A stretch of DNA of 64,000 nt from Takakia lepidozioides (Eukaryota; Plantae; Bryophyta), in contig CM060731.1 of the NCBI GenBank assembly GCA_030704615.1, positions 75,330,001 to 75,394,000 on the forward strand, read 5' to 3'. Positions 1 to 12,656 of this stretch are shown here, piece after piece (the first letter of the stretch is position 1; each line of letters opens with the position of its first letter). Position numbers and translations under genes: made by a program. Below the pieces are notes generated by a model, which saw only the letters and a list, made by a program, of their open reading frames with translations, did no database searches and had not been told where the DNA came from.

Positions 1-499
1 ACAAGCACTCTGGAACCATCCCCGAGATCATTCCGCCTTTCCGAGGCCAGAGCCAAGACGCTGCTGACGAGGCGAAATGGTTCCTACAGCGATCGTTGGG
101 CCGTTTATTCTCAAATCGTGGCGAAATCTCCTGCACAGAAACTGTAATAGTCAGTAGGGGGCGGATAATACCGGCAAGGGTCTTGTCGAGTAGCACGGTG
201 GAAGGATGAGTAGGCACTTTAGGATTTCTGTTCACGTACTTACGTGTCAACTCCTGATCGCAACTGAGTAGGCCAGCTACTCACCGTAGCCAGCCACCCG
301 CCACCCTGCATAAGGTCAAATTTTGGATGACAATTTGGAAAGCGTGGATTGCGTACATTGCTGGCGGAGCAATACTGCGATTGGAACAGGGGGGGGTGGT
401 GTTGGGAGATGGGAGGGGTAGAAGGTATGGCGTACAAGGTACAATATGTAGGATTTCTTCAGTTTTTGTCATGGCGTCCAACTTTTCTCCCATCCAGCC

Positions 500-830
500 T
501 TTTTTTTTCTTTTTTTAATTTTAACAAGGGACGATGGCCCTGGATGAAATTCTATTAAGATTATTTGAAGGGAAAAAAATTAAAACCCTTGAGTGGCACT
601 TGGCTGCCATAAGGCCTGAATACACGAAATCATGACACATGCTCCGAGGAAGAAGACGAATAGCTGAGCTAAGCAAGGAAAGCCTGGTCTCAAATAAGAC
701 CTGTATCCTTCAACAAGAACAATTTCAACCTAGTAAAAGCTTCCTAGGGTAGGTGTGCTTCAGACTATGGAACCTAGTCTGAGAATCCTGGAGATTTGAT
801 GAACGCCTTACAATACAAATACCTTCACTA
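500..830 (-). mobile_element. Probable 3' tail of an L1-type non-LTR retrotransposon (5'-truncated)
   Basis: Minus strand ends in an A-rich tail (T-run ~500-516 on +), preceded by TTAATAGAATT and a CAAGTGCCAC motif also seen at ~54078. The 5' boundary is approximate. Confidence 0.35.
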
Positions 831-1106
831 ATTTATGAGCAATACAAATTAGTTTGCATGGGCATGTGATTGCAATTTATTTTTACCTTTTGTATTTGCC
901 CTCAATATGGTTTTATTTTCAGCTTTGAATACAGTATGATGACTATTGGGGAATACCATATCATTGTACATATTACCCCAGTATGTCATTTGAGTTTTTG
1001 CCATACCCATGCCTAGGACCAGGGTATCTCAAAATTGAAAATACCCATACCCATCCTATAACCTACCCTGGCTTGTCCTAATCTCTACACTAGACCCTAC
1101 CAACAG

Positions 1107-1453
1107 CCACGTTGGACCTACCAGGACCAGTCTGGTGTGCCAAAATGGACCCAACTGGTACGTTGGACAGCGCAGCGAGTTGGTAGTTGGTATATCCATT
1201 TTGGTATGTCCATTTTGAACTGGTCCTCGTCCTTTGTCCAACTGGCAGTACTCGTATGCATACCAGCCTGGTCCATGCACTGGTCCATGTATCGGTATGT
1301 CCATTTTGAACTGGTCCTCGTCCTTTGTCCAACTGGTAGTACTCCGTATGCATACCAGCCTGGTCCATGCACTGGTCCATGTATTGGTATGTCCATTTTG
1401 GCATACCAGATTGGTCCTGGTAGGTCCGACGTGGACATACCAACTACCAACTC
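1107..1453. repeat. Mixed inverted and tandem repeat block (MITE-like interior)
   Basis: ~1107-1150 is the near reverse complement of ~1391-1434, and GAGTTGGTAGTTGG (~1177) pairs with CCAACTACCAACTC (~1440). An internal ~90-bp direct duplication starts GGTATGTCCATTTTG at ~1203 and ~1294. Confidence 0.8.
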
Positions 1454-2273
1454 ACCGCGACTTGTGTGCCAGTAGCCAGCTGGTCCTCGTCCAATAAAGG
1501 AATCTATAACCGATGTTTGAAGCATGTTGCCTACGTGGCAGAATTTAACTTGTCCTGGACAGGCCTGTCACCCACCGTAGCCCACCACCACCTGGGCCAC
1601 ACAGCCCTGTTGTGCTGTTTATTTGTTTTTTGGAACGAGACTTTGGTTAATTGGAATTTATTTATTGGACTGTATTATATTATAGAATATGAATATCTTA
1701 ACCCTTAAGTTCCCAAGCCCTTTCTTGACTTTTTACCAATTTTGGGTACCCAGCTGCAGTAAATTGCCCCTAGAAACCTACCAAAAATCATCCACAGATT
1801 CCAGCCTTATAGCAATGTGCCCAGCTCATTTATGCATGACATACCAAAAAATGAGCCAAGTCCACCTCGGAAATTGTGAGATTATAGCGTTGGCCCGTAC
1901 CTCAAATATCAGGTCCCAAATAAAAAGTGAGAAAGAAATTGGTTTGACCAAATCAAAACCTAGCTTTATCCAATTTTGCTTGCCCCAAGACCCACCATTT
2001 CCAAATCAATAGTGGAGTGGCCATGACCCCACTAAATTGCAGGTCCAACTGATTTTTTCACCTATGGTTGCTATTCATGCAATCACATAGGGGTTGAAAT
2101 CTCAAAATTGACAACAGAAAATGTGCCTCCAAATGAAGTACTTTTTTTTCTGCAAATTTTTTAAAAGCCAATGGTGGATGTGTGTATGTAATGCTCACAC
2201 ACCACAAGGTGAAGTATTTTTTTCCAAAATTGCTAATTTTCTGCCAAAAATGGCCTTTGGAGTGCAATCTGTT

Positions 2274-2675
2274 GCCTCTCATTTTAAGATAATAGGGTCT
2301 TCAATGGGCACGTGCGATGTGGCCGGTGGGCCCCGCGCACGGACGCCCGGCTCCCCAGCACCTCGCCCAGCCGCGGGCGCGGCCGCAGCAACCGCGCTTG
2401 CGCCCCCGTCCGCCGCGCGGCCAGTCCCCCGCCCATGAGTCCGCTGCCCTCCAGTCTGCCAGTCCGCTGTTGGCCAGTCGGCTGCCCAGCAGTCTGCCAG
2501 TCCGCCAGTCCGCCTGCCAATCCGGTGCTGGCCAGTCCGGTGCCCAGCAGTCTGTCAGTCCGCCAGTCTCCCCGCCAGTCCGCTGGCCAGTCCCCTGCCA
2601 TCCAGTCCACTGACGGCGCAGGATCGCCACCGTCCATTCCCATAACCCATCCGAGCCCTCCATTTTTAGGGCTGC
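2274..2675 (+). repeat. Left TIR of the MULE
   Basis: Reverse complement of 14404-14787 with small indels; contains CAGTCC/CAGTCT sub-repeats. Confidence 0.95.
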
Positions 2676-2819
2676 AATTCAAACCTGCATCCCTGCCGCC
2701 TGCCACTTGCCAGCAGCCGCGAACGTGCGCACTGTTCCCCTGGCACGTTGTCGATCGTGTCCTGTACTGCGGCGCGTTTCTTGCATGTTCTGAAGCGTGT
2801 CCTTTGTACTGTATAGGGC

Positions 2820-5800
2820 ATGGACATGGAAGCAAAACCCGATGATATACTGATCATGGAAAGCCCGCTTATACGGCCTCTTCGACAATGTTTGCAAACA
2901 GCAAAACCAGGACCCTTCAACAGGAAGGATCTCCATTGGAAGAGTGAGACGCAATATGGGTTTATGGGTGTGCGAGTGAATGTTGAAAAAGCCTGCATAC
3001 CTTGGGATAGAGTTGGTGACTTCGTCCTGGGAGAGGAGAGTTTGGAGGACTACCCCACTCAGTTTTGGGTGAATATCCATTCTAAAGTGGAACCCGGCTC
3101 GCGAAAAACACCCAGAGCCAACACATTTCTGTCCAGTATTATGTGTGCACCATCCTCAGTCCTTTTGACGTTTCATTGCATGTCTGTTGCCATTTTTTGT
3201 TTCACGAGTTCTCTGATTTTATGCTTCCTCAAGTCGTTGGATATCGATTTTAGAATTTTCTGTCCAAGTATCAATGCTGCTACGGTCCTGATGACAAGCG
3301 CACCAACAAGGCAATAGTGGAGGATCCAAAATAGAAGCGTGGAAGACCTCTTGTGGGTGCTGGAACATCTTGCCCTCATAAAGGCCCAAGAAGAAAGAAG
3401 TCGGAGTATGGAGAGTCTTACAAACGTGGTTGCCGATGTTGTTTCAAGGTCCAGCAATGCTATCTCGCCCCTGACATCTGTGTCCTCACGTACTACAACA
3501 ACATGGAGCATACAGATGCGCAAGGGAAACCCTCGCATGGGAAGTCCGCAGAGTTCAGGAACACCCGCCACGCCTATGCACCACACATTAGCGAGGAATT
3601 GAAAGCCTGGGTCGTCGAGTGTTTGTGCCAAGGCCTGTCGGTCGCCCAAATCATGATGGAGCATAAAGAGCACGTGATGAACAACACCGGCTTGGGCGAT
3701 GCATGGACCCGCGATGATTTCTTGTTGGAGCAAGATGTTCGCAACCTTGCCGAGAAACGTGCGTGGCAAACCTTCAAAAAACACGCCGATGATGTAGAGA
3801 GTGTGCGCATGTGGAGAGACCAGAATCATGCGTCCGTTTTTTTCTATCAAGAGAAGAAATTAGAGCCAACATTCGAGCATTTTGATGGAGATTTAACATT
3901 CACTATTGGCCTACAGACTCCGTGGCAGAAACGACGAATGTTGGAACTAGGACATGATCGTATCGTTGCATGTGGTGCAACCTTTGGGACAAATCATGAC
4001 AAGGTACTATTCGAACGATTCCATGGACTTGTACAAGCATGATAGCATAGTACCATGCAACATTCACATAAAATTTGGTGTGCTGACCCTTTCTGTATGT
4101 TTTCATGTGTACGTTGCGGAAGACCGAGGGGCAGACCCATTGTGAACCGCTGCAGACCTCATCACTATTATGAAGTCTTCTCGTGCAGAACTGAGCGAAA
4201 TTTGCATGCTCTGACCATCTTACATTGTGCATTCCAACAGTTCCCATTGTACACGTTGATGGTCTTCGACGAGTGGTTGAACGGTATACCAGTTGCCTAT
4301 ATCCTATCCGCGAGGAATCGGATAAGAGACCTGGTTCCGTGGATGAGAGCCTTGCGCGATTCACTCCTCGCAGATTTGCCAAGCTAGCAACCCAATGCCT
4401 TCATTGTGGACGATGCCGAAGCAGAAATCAACGCTATTCGGTAAGTCTGTTGGTCCACAACACCGGTCCATTGTCGAGGTCCACTGCAGCAGTCCATTGC
4501 TACAGTCCACTGGCAGACTCCTGTGGCAAAACCCGATGGCAGTTCGTTGGGCAAATCCACTGGTAGTCCGCTGTCAAGTCTGCTCATCAGTCCCCTGGCA
4601 AGTCCGCTGGCAGTCCCCGACAATCCGCTGCCAAGTCCGCTGCCAAGTCCACTCAGCAGTCCCTGGGGTCGGCCGTCCCCTGCCAAGTCCATTCGGCAGT
4701 CCCTGGCAAGTCCGCTGTGGCAGTCCGCTGATGCAGTCTGCTGCCCCAGTCCTAGCTAGGGGAAGTCCAATGGGGAAGTCCATTGGGTAGTCCAATGGGG
4801 TTATTCCAGTACATCAACGTCATGGCATTGTACTGTCCACTGGGCGAGTCTAGTGGCTCTGCCCGCTGATTCAGGTCGCTGTTACAGTCCACTCCGGCAG
4901 TCCACCATTGCAGTCCGATCCTAAGACTCTAATGTGTACCATGTGTGTTGTGCATAATTGTTTTTGAAGGAGTACTCATTTTCCTCTGCCTTTGGCATGT
5001 CCGCAAGACATGGGTGAAGCAATCATGCAAGAAAACGAAGGATCCGGTGACCGCTGTAAACTTGTTGAAGGATACGAGAGACCTCATGTACTGTAGAGGG
5101 GGACCATGCAACGAGAAAAGAGCGCTTCGGTGGGTGGCAAGGAGAATCCGTCGTATGAGGTCAAAATACCTGAAAGGACATGAATTTCTTGACTATATCG
5201 AACACTACTGGAAGCCCAAAATAGTAATGTGGTGTACAGCAGCCCGCCATGTCCCTCATGCGAGCCAAGACACAAACGCAAGCATTGAGGCATACCATGG
5301 AAATCTGAAGGCAAGATTTGCCATGGGGAAAGGCAAGATGAGTGGTCGTAGAGTGGACTGGCTTATATGGGAACTCACTGGCCGTGTGCTAACACACTAC
5401 TGGTACGCAATCCATTTGAAGACCCACGGGTTCATAAGAAATGACAAACACGAAAAGTACATATCCAGTTCTATACTTGCGGCACGAGACATTCCTGCTG
5501 AGAGTGTTACTCTTCCCTTGGGTCCTGGTGAACCAGCCTACGTTCTCAGCAGCAACCACCCCGGCACAACATACATTGTTTACAATCCTGATTGCGATTG
5601 GGGTTGTTGCACGTGCCCATGGGCAATGAAGGGAAACTTATGCAAGCATCAGGTCCGTGTCCTGAAGATGCTTCACCTTGACCTGCATGATGGCCTCCTT
5701 GTGCGCGCTTGTGGCACGACGCTGGGAACCATTCATGGAAGATTACCTAATTTGCTCTTGGGCAATGGTGCCGGCCGCAACGACGAATCCAATCAGTTCA

Positions 5801-6216
5801 TGGAAAAACATCCTCCGGATGACTTCCCCTACGACGAGGCACCTCTGGAGGTCTCAGCCTCAATGGAACAAGAATTCGCGGACATACTTCGCATTGTAGG
5901 TGATGACAAATACCTGGAGGCACATGCCCGATCTGCTCTTCATATGTGCAGAGGGCAGCTCGTTGATATCCTGGCGAAAAGTGCGGTTGGAATGTTGCAT
6001 CCTGCGGCAGCGAAGGCTTTCCGTCCTCTGAACGACAACAACAACATGTCTCTGAAAAGGAGACGAGATTTCGTGGAGGCCTGGAAAACCCAGCCTAGGG
6101 TTTTGCGGAGAACCAGCAAGAGGGTGTCTGCACCTGCACCTGCACCTGCAACACATATATACTCGAAAATTCGCAAGGTTTTAGGTCGTGTAGATGTCAC
6201 GAAGAAGACAATATAA
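2820..6216 (+). pseudogene. MULE transposase with C-terminal SWIM zinc finger, multi-exon and disabled
   Basis: Approximate exons 2820-3142, 3269-4003, 4241-4440, ~4956-6216. Motifs YQCCYGPDD, KRGCRCCFKV, FFYQE, IGLQTPWQ, FPLYTLMVFD, FIVDDA, LCLWHVRKTW, TNASIEAYH and SWIM CTCPWAMKGNLCKH. In-frame TAG at 3332 and 4385; the expected first catalytic Asp position reads G (VACGATFG). Confidence 0.9.
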
Positions 6217-6360
6217 GTCTGCAATGCCTCGAAAAGAGACAAGGTTTCACGTCGTGTAGGTGTCACGGAGAAGACAATATAAGTCTGCAATTCCTCGAAA
6301 AGAGACAATGTTTCACGTCGTGTAGGTGTCACGAAGAAGACAATATAAGTCGGCAATTCC
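6185..6360. repeat. 66-bp tandem repeat (~2.7 copies) overlapping the transposase stop codon
   Basis: GTCGTGTAG...GAAGACAATATAAGTC starts at 6185, 6251 and 6317. Confidence 0.9.
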
Positions 6361-6989
6361 TCTGGTAGCATTGTCCCTTTCTGAAATACAAGTCCGCAAT
6401 GGACTAATGCACAGTCTTCCAACGGACTCCTCCAGTCTCCCAACTGACTCCCACACAGTCTCCCAAGCATAGTCTCCCAACGGACTCACGCAGTCTCCCA
6501 ACAGAGTCACAGTCAACAGACTGCGAGCGCCAGTAAGTCAGTCTGCTGCCCACTCCAAAGGTCTGTTCACCACACTTCCACCTCATCCCTGCAACTCTTC
6601 CAGCAGACTGCTGGACAGACTAAGTCTCAAGCAGACTCATCCACAACAGCAGACTCAAAATGGACAGGCTCCAGTGGACTACCTCCTTAACGACTCATGC
6701 CAATCCAGCATCCCAGCGGACTCATGGACATGGTGCCTACCAGACTAGGTACCAGACCCACCAGTCCTAGCCTCGGCAGCGTACTGCTCGCACATTCAAG
6801 CTCAGCAGACTCGGGTGCATAGTGCATGGAAAAATTGACACCATTGTGTCCATTGAGTTTAGTGACAACATTACAAAATATGCCAGCACCCACAGTACAC
6901 AAAAGTGCTCATCACCACTGGAATAGTAAGCGAAAAGACTCGCAATTTTTATTTCGGTACGTAGACTTCACAGGACAAGTACATCATAC

Positions 6990-9900
6990 TCATGAGAGCA
7001 GTTCGATATATTGGGCACACTGCATTCGCTGCCCAAGTGCAAACTTGAAAGTAAACCAGTCCTTCGTGAAAGGTGTTCCTCTCTCTGGCTTTGTAGTCTT
7101 GGAGACATTTGCTCTGACTTTTACCCACTCATAAAACACTTGAATGAATGACATGACGTAAAAGCCACACTCCCAGCTGATTGGTTGTTGGGGCACATCA
7201 GACGCATGGAACTGAAATACTTAGACAATCTCATGCCACTCTGGTGAGTCCATCGAGTACCCTAAGCACTCAGCATGAAGCTTCCGAATCCACCCTAGAA
7301 CAAAGGGACATTTATGCGAGTCCCTGATAGAGTTCAGGTGAGTGTAACAGCCCTAGCGGAGGTCGATGATACAAACACTCCAGTGCCCCCTGCAATGGTA
7401 TCAAACAACATGGCGTCATTGCACAATCATGATGGGCAGACTCAGCAGACTGACACTCAACAGACTCAGCACTCAGCAGACTCAATCTTCAAACCCAGTC
7501 CACTACACAAATACAGAGGTCAACTTAATCGCTCAGAGTCAAGACGACACTGCGAAACCAGACTATGACTCATGAGACAGTCTCAGCAGACTCGGAAGAG
7601 TTCTTACTCGTCCCCAATTGGCACCAAAATGAAATCGCACTCTTTCAAGTCCTTGCCCAGTTGTTCAGTGCTGAGGCAACCTTTCAAGACCTCCAAAAGG
7701 CTTTCATGTTGCCCCACCCCCAATGACTTCAACACCGTCCACATTGACGTTGGAAGAACAGCAATAGTGTTGGTGAATGCAACCTCAACCGACTTCTCAT
7801 AGAATCGACACCACAGCTCTAGGAGTCTATCTGTGCACTCCGACTCAACCTTCTGGAGCGCCTTTATGTCATCCGGCGATAGTCCGCATTCAAACCGTGG
7901 GTCCCCTTAAAAAAACATCAGCATGGAATTACCCGCCTTCACGTGCAGAGCATGTGCTTTGCCAAACCGAGCACCCATCCTGCACAGAGCGGACCATCCT
8001 TCGGGAAGCCTCATGTACTGAACAGACTGACGTCAACATGGTACCAAACACTCTACAGGCTGAACAATTCATCAGACTGACAAAACTAACCACAACAGAC
8101 AATGATGAAACAAGCAGCAGACTGACCATAATAGAGCACAAAGCACTTAACGACAAAGACAGACGAGGAGACTGAGCACAGTACTCACCTGTGTTGCTCC
8201 AAGAAACGACCCACATCTTTGTCCATGTCCAAGGCCAGCTTGCGGTTCTTGTTCATAAAGACGCCAGACTTTTTCTTCGCCGGTCTCTTGGTACTCGGAC
8301 CCTCCTCGACCTCCTCAGCATGGTCCACAACAGTCCGCTTCTTGGCTTTGTCTCTCCCCTGGGAAGCAGGGACAGCTGTAGACGGACTGGATAGAGCAGA
8401 CAAACGCAGCGCTGCCACCCTACTTCGCAACAGAGGCTGGTCAGCAGGTTTGTTTACACTTGCTGGACCTGTCTTTGCAGCTTCGTGGGTCGCATGCGTA
8501 GAACTGACCCACGCATCGGGGGGCGTGCTCACTCCCACACCTTTCTTGGTTGTCGATCCCACGTTTGCAGCATGGGCGGAAGATGTCATGTCCTCAGAAG
8601 TAGACAGTCTGCCGACGGAGGGACGAACATCTTGTGAGGATACCAAGCAAAATGACGAATTAGCCCCATTTCACAATGTGCTAAAACATAAACAACAGTC
8701 CTGAAAGAGGAAATGACACAACCTGCCCAAGGGGTGAGGGAGCAGACTCCATGTAATCCAGCGCTATACCAGACGGTGTCTGCGCTGCATGTGGTTCCTT
8801 GTCAGTGTGCCTACCAGCATGTTCAGTCTGTTGCTCAATGTGGGCAGTCTGCTCGGCCGCCGGTTCTTCGTCAGTCCTTTCGTCTGTGAACTGTGCAGTC
8901 TGCTGGCAACTCTGCGGTTCAGTCTCTTCCTCAATGTGGGCAATGTGCTTGGTGGCAGGTTGGTCGTCAATTCTTCCCTCTGTGAAGTGTGCAGTGTGTT
9001 GGTCAGGCCGTGCAGTCTGAACTGTGCAGTCTGCCGCTCCGAGCCATCCTGGTCAGTCCTTCCATCTGTGACCTGTGCAGTCTACTGGTTAGTCTGCGGT
9101 TCAGTCTGCTCATCAATGAAGTATGCTGTCCCGTCACAGGTTGCTCGGCAGTCCTTCCATGTATCCACTGTTCAGTGTGCTGGTCAGTCTGGTGGACAGC
9201 CGGCTGGGTGTTCGGATCTCCATGGACTTGGGAAACATCAAGAACATGTATGGAAGACCCACCGGCAATTGCTTCCTCAGACTCTTTTGTAAGATCTATG
9301 ATACGGTTTTGCGTTCCCAGATTGAGTTCGGTCATCACGTAAGACTCATCTATGGCTTTCGCTTTCGCCACTGAGCGCACGAAAACGAGACTAAGCTGGA
9401 AGGTCATAGAAGGCAGGCCACGGGGAGCAGGATAAGAATGCTTTACCGGTGACCTAATGACGTCGTCAGTGAATGTGCCTGGGGGAAAAGTGGACTCGGT
9501 CAAAACACTCATACTGGCAGATCCAAAAACATGTTGTTGGGAACTCAGCAGAAATTTGTCCACAAGGTCCCGGTGAGGCCAGTGCATCCGAGTCTGTTGC
9601 ACAATCCAGGGAACAGACTGGCTGTTAGTCTCCTGGATAGTCTGCTCGGCCATCTGCTGAGTGGGTTCGTCAGTGTGCTGCAAAGTCTGTTGAGGGGCAA
9701 TCTGCTGGCTGGATTCGTCGATCTGCTGCACGGTCTGCTGTACAGTCTGCTGAGGGGCAGTCTGGTGGCCATGTTCGCTGGTCTGCTGCACAGTCGGCTG
9801 AGGGGTAGTCTATTGGCCGGTCTGTTCTCCGGTCAGCTGCAAAGTCTGCAAAGTTCGTTGCCCGCTCAGTACTGTTTGCACATATTGAGTATGTGTGTGC

Positions 9901-12656
9901 GGGGCAGTCTGCTGGGAGTGATCCGGCCTATTACCCGGGACGGTCTGGTGCACATGCTCGGTCTCCATGACTTGGGCAGTCTGCCCACATGTGTCGTGGG
10001 GAATATGTTGTTCGACATTCTTGTGGCCAGTCTGCTGGACAGTCTCCCAAACTCCTTGTAAAGCCAGGACAATGTCCCTTGCACCTCTGGCAAAATAGTC
10101 AAAAGCTACCTGCACTTGCTTGTCTCCCAGATCAACTCGCCCTGCAACACATGTTTATACAAATGTGAACTTGTAAAAAAGTTGGCAAAAGAAATTGAGC
10201 TGAAACACGAAAGTTGCCCATAACATTTTACCTTCCAAGAGATTTTCGACGAGGCCAATGTCCTTGATTTGCCGGCACAGGCATGCTCCATCGAGATGAG
10301 CAATGGCGCCGATGCGGTCTTCAGTTGGGATCCCACACCACAGGACTTTGAAGACATTGGGATTCTGCAAAACAATGTCGAATACTGCTCGCTCCATCAC
10401 CAATGCAAACCAGTGTAATGCGTCATCCACCACAAACTTCTGTGAATGGTCTGTTCCATGGAGTAAGTCCATCCTCAAACTATGCAGATCCTTCATCAAC
10501 TTGTTGTATGAGCGGAATTGCCAAATTGCATCCATCTGTGTTGTAGGAAGGAAGCTGCCATGCGCTCAAAGTCCTCCTCAGTCAATCCGAACAAGTGCTT
10601 TCTTCGCACCCCAAAGGTTGGATGTGCCATAGGCATATGTCTGAGGTCTTCAGGCCGTGGGTCATCCATGAGAATCAGCTGCACAAGTAGAGGCGGCGCA
10701 TTTTGGTCGCTTGTGGCTTCAATGGCAACAGCAGAGGCGGCTTCTAGAACATGGTTGGCTTCCTCAATAGAAAACTCCATGGAATAATAAAAGGGTACAA
10801 ATGACCACCGGCGGTCCGCAACAATCCGGTGGAGCTCATTATGCCAATCCAAATATGGATTAATTTCTCCCACCCTAAGCCGGGGAAGTGTGAGGTCTTC
10901 AGCTCCGGGTCGAATTACCGGTGATGGCGATCGCCAAACTGCAAAAAGCGCCGTGCTATGTGAGAGAAAGACAGTCTGTTGGTCAGTCTGCTGGTCCGCA
11001 GTCTGTTGGATGACAGGACTTCCCATTGGCATGGGCTGCATGATGGGCTCTTGGAGAGGAGTCTGCAGGATGACAGGCTGCTCGTTGGGAGTCTGCTCCG
11101 TTGGAGTCTGTTGGATGACAGGCTGCTGAACGGGAGTCTGCTGGATGACGGCCTGCTGAATGGGAGTCTGCTGGATGGCAGACTTGGCTGTCCCAAACGC
11201 ATTCCCCCCCGACGCGTCTTGAATATGTAATGTCGCTATAGCAGCAGATGACCCAGGATACTTCAATAATATGTACTCTCGCACGCGGTCCACTTCCGCA
11301 CGCACTGCGGTCGCTTGTAAATGAGCATCATTGCTAGGTATCCGCCAAGCCTGAATGGCCCTACGAATATAAACACGTTCATCCTGGTACACGGCAGAGA
11401 ACTTGGACGTCAGGAACATGGACGTGGACTCTATATTCACCTCATGCAGCGGACTGGACTCATAGACCAGCAGACTGTAACGTGCGTATGTAGGGTGGAG
11501 GCAACTAGTAGACTATACCAGCGGACTGACAAACGGACTCAGTAATTAATGCAGCGATATAAAACAGACTAACTGACGAGCGGAGTGAGCCAGCGGACTG
11601 AGGAGAGAACGCAACGGACTGACCAGACTGAATAGGCAACGTGACCACCCGATGATGGACTCAAACAGCACAGAGAACAGACTGGGCGGTCAGACTGACC
11701 ATTTCCTTTACTTCATCATCGCCATCTTCATCTTCAAAGCTGTTCAACCAATTATGTTCCGCCTGTCGGATGAATGTGCGTAGCAGACCTGACTGGGCAA
11801 CTCTGTAGAAATAACGGAAGAAGTCTGGATCCCCAATTGGTGGGCACTCAGGTGGGAAAAACCCAACGTCAACGAGGCGCAATGTGCTAGGGCAGACTGG
11901 CCCTTCAGTGCTCTGTTGAGTTTTTGGTTTTGACCCTAAACCGATGGCATGGGTTGCGATATTTGTGTGAGTTTGCTGCCGAGTCTAGTCAGGCAAGTCA
12001 ATGTCCACTGGACTTGTCACCCCTTCCAGGCCCTGAGCAGATTCACTTTCAGTATCAGTACTGATGGTGTGGGTCTGCCGCCCAGGACGGGGTTCAGTCT
12101 GTTGCGTGGATTTTGCCCTTGCCTCGCGAGCAGACCTTGCAGCCTTCTCCTTTTTTTGCCTCTCATTTTGGGCCCCATCTCTCAGTTTACGTTTTCTGGG
12201 AGCGTCCGGCGTTCCCTGCACTTGCAAATCCTCCATTGACGGGCCACCACAATGGACGCCATACCGTGCACGCACTTCGTCTAATTCCAAAGTGCGGGGG
12301 TCAAGCACTGATCCGCGCAAGCGCATTGTGGCCTCTTTGACAATCGACATTTCTTTCAGTATCGGCCAAGGCTTGAAATCCCGTGGAATCATTGCAACAG
12401 TCTCCTTGCAACCCGTGTCAACACAATGCCGATTTAGTTGGATTTTGTCCTTGATAACTTCTTCACAGAAGGGACAGAAGAGCTTGTCCTTCTGCCAATT
12501 CGAGTTTTTGGGCTTCCGGGCGCGGAGGTCTACAAATGCTTCCACTATTTGATCAAACTCGTCAGGTGAGTACCAGTACCTTCGCTCTTTCTTCAGTCTG
12601 GTTTGGTGCACAAAATCCACCCAGTCCGCTCCACCATTTTCACAAGCATCCTCCAT
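6990..12656 (-). pseudogene. Large MULE cargo gene: N-terminal Cys/His cluster, Q/T-rich repeats, C-terminal Ulp1/C48-like cysteine protease; disabled
   Basis: Chain of minus-strand ORFs 12656>11700, 11440>10190, ~10115>8770, 8646>8190, ~8018>7606, ~7390>6990. Protease motifs DFILVPIG, GHWSVCIID, HLNS, PQQPISWECGFYV. Stops at ~11985, ~7907, ~7353, ~7221 and a frameshift near 10540. That all parts form one gene is inferred. Confidence 0.75.

Noticed and set aside
1-480. Possible promoter/5' region of a gene left of the window
   Set aside because: No coding evidence within the window.
2284-2845. Many overlapping long ORFs, mirrored at 14416-14829
   Set aside because: Artefacts of the GC-rich, repetitive MULE TIRs.
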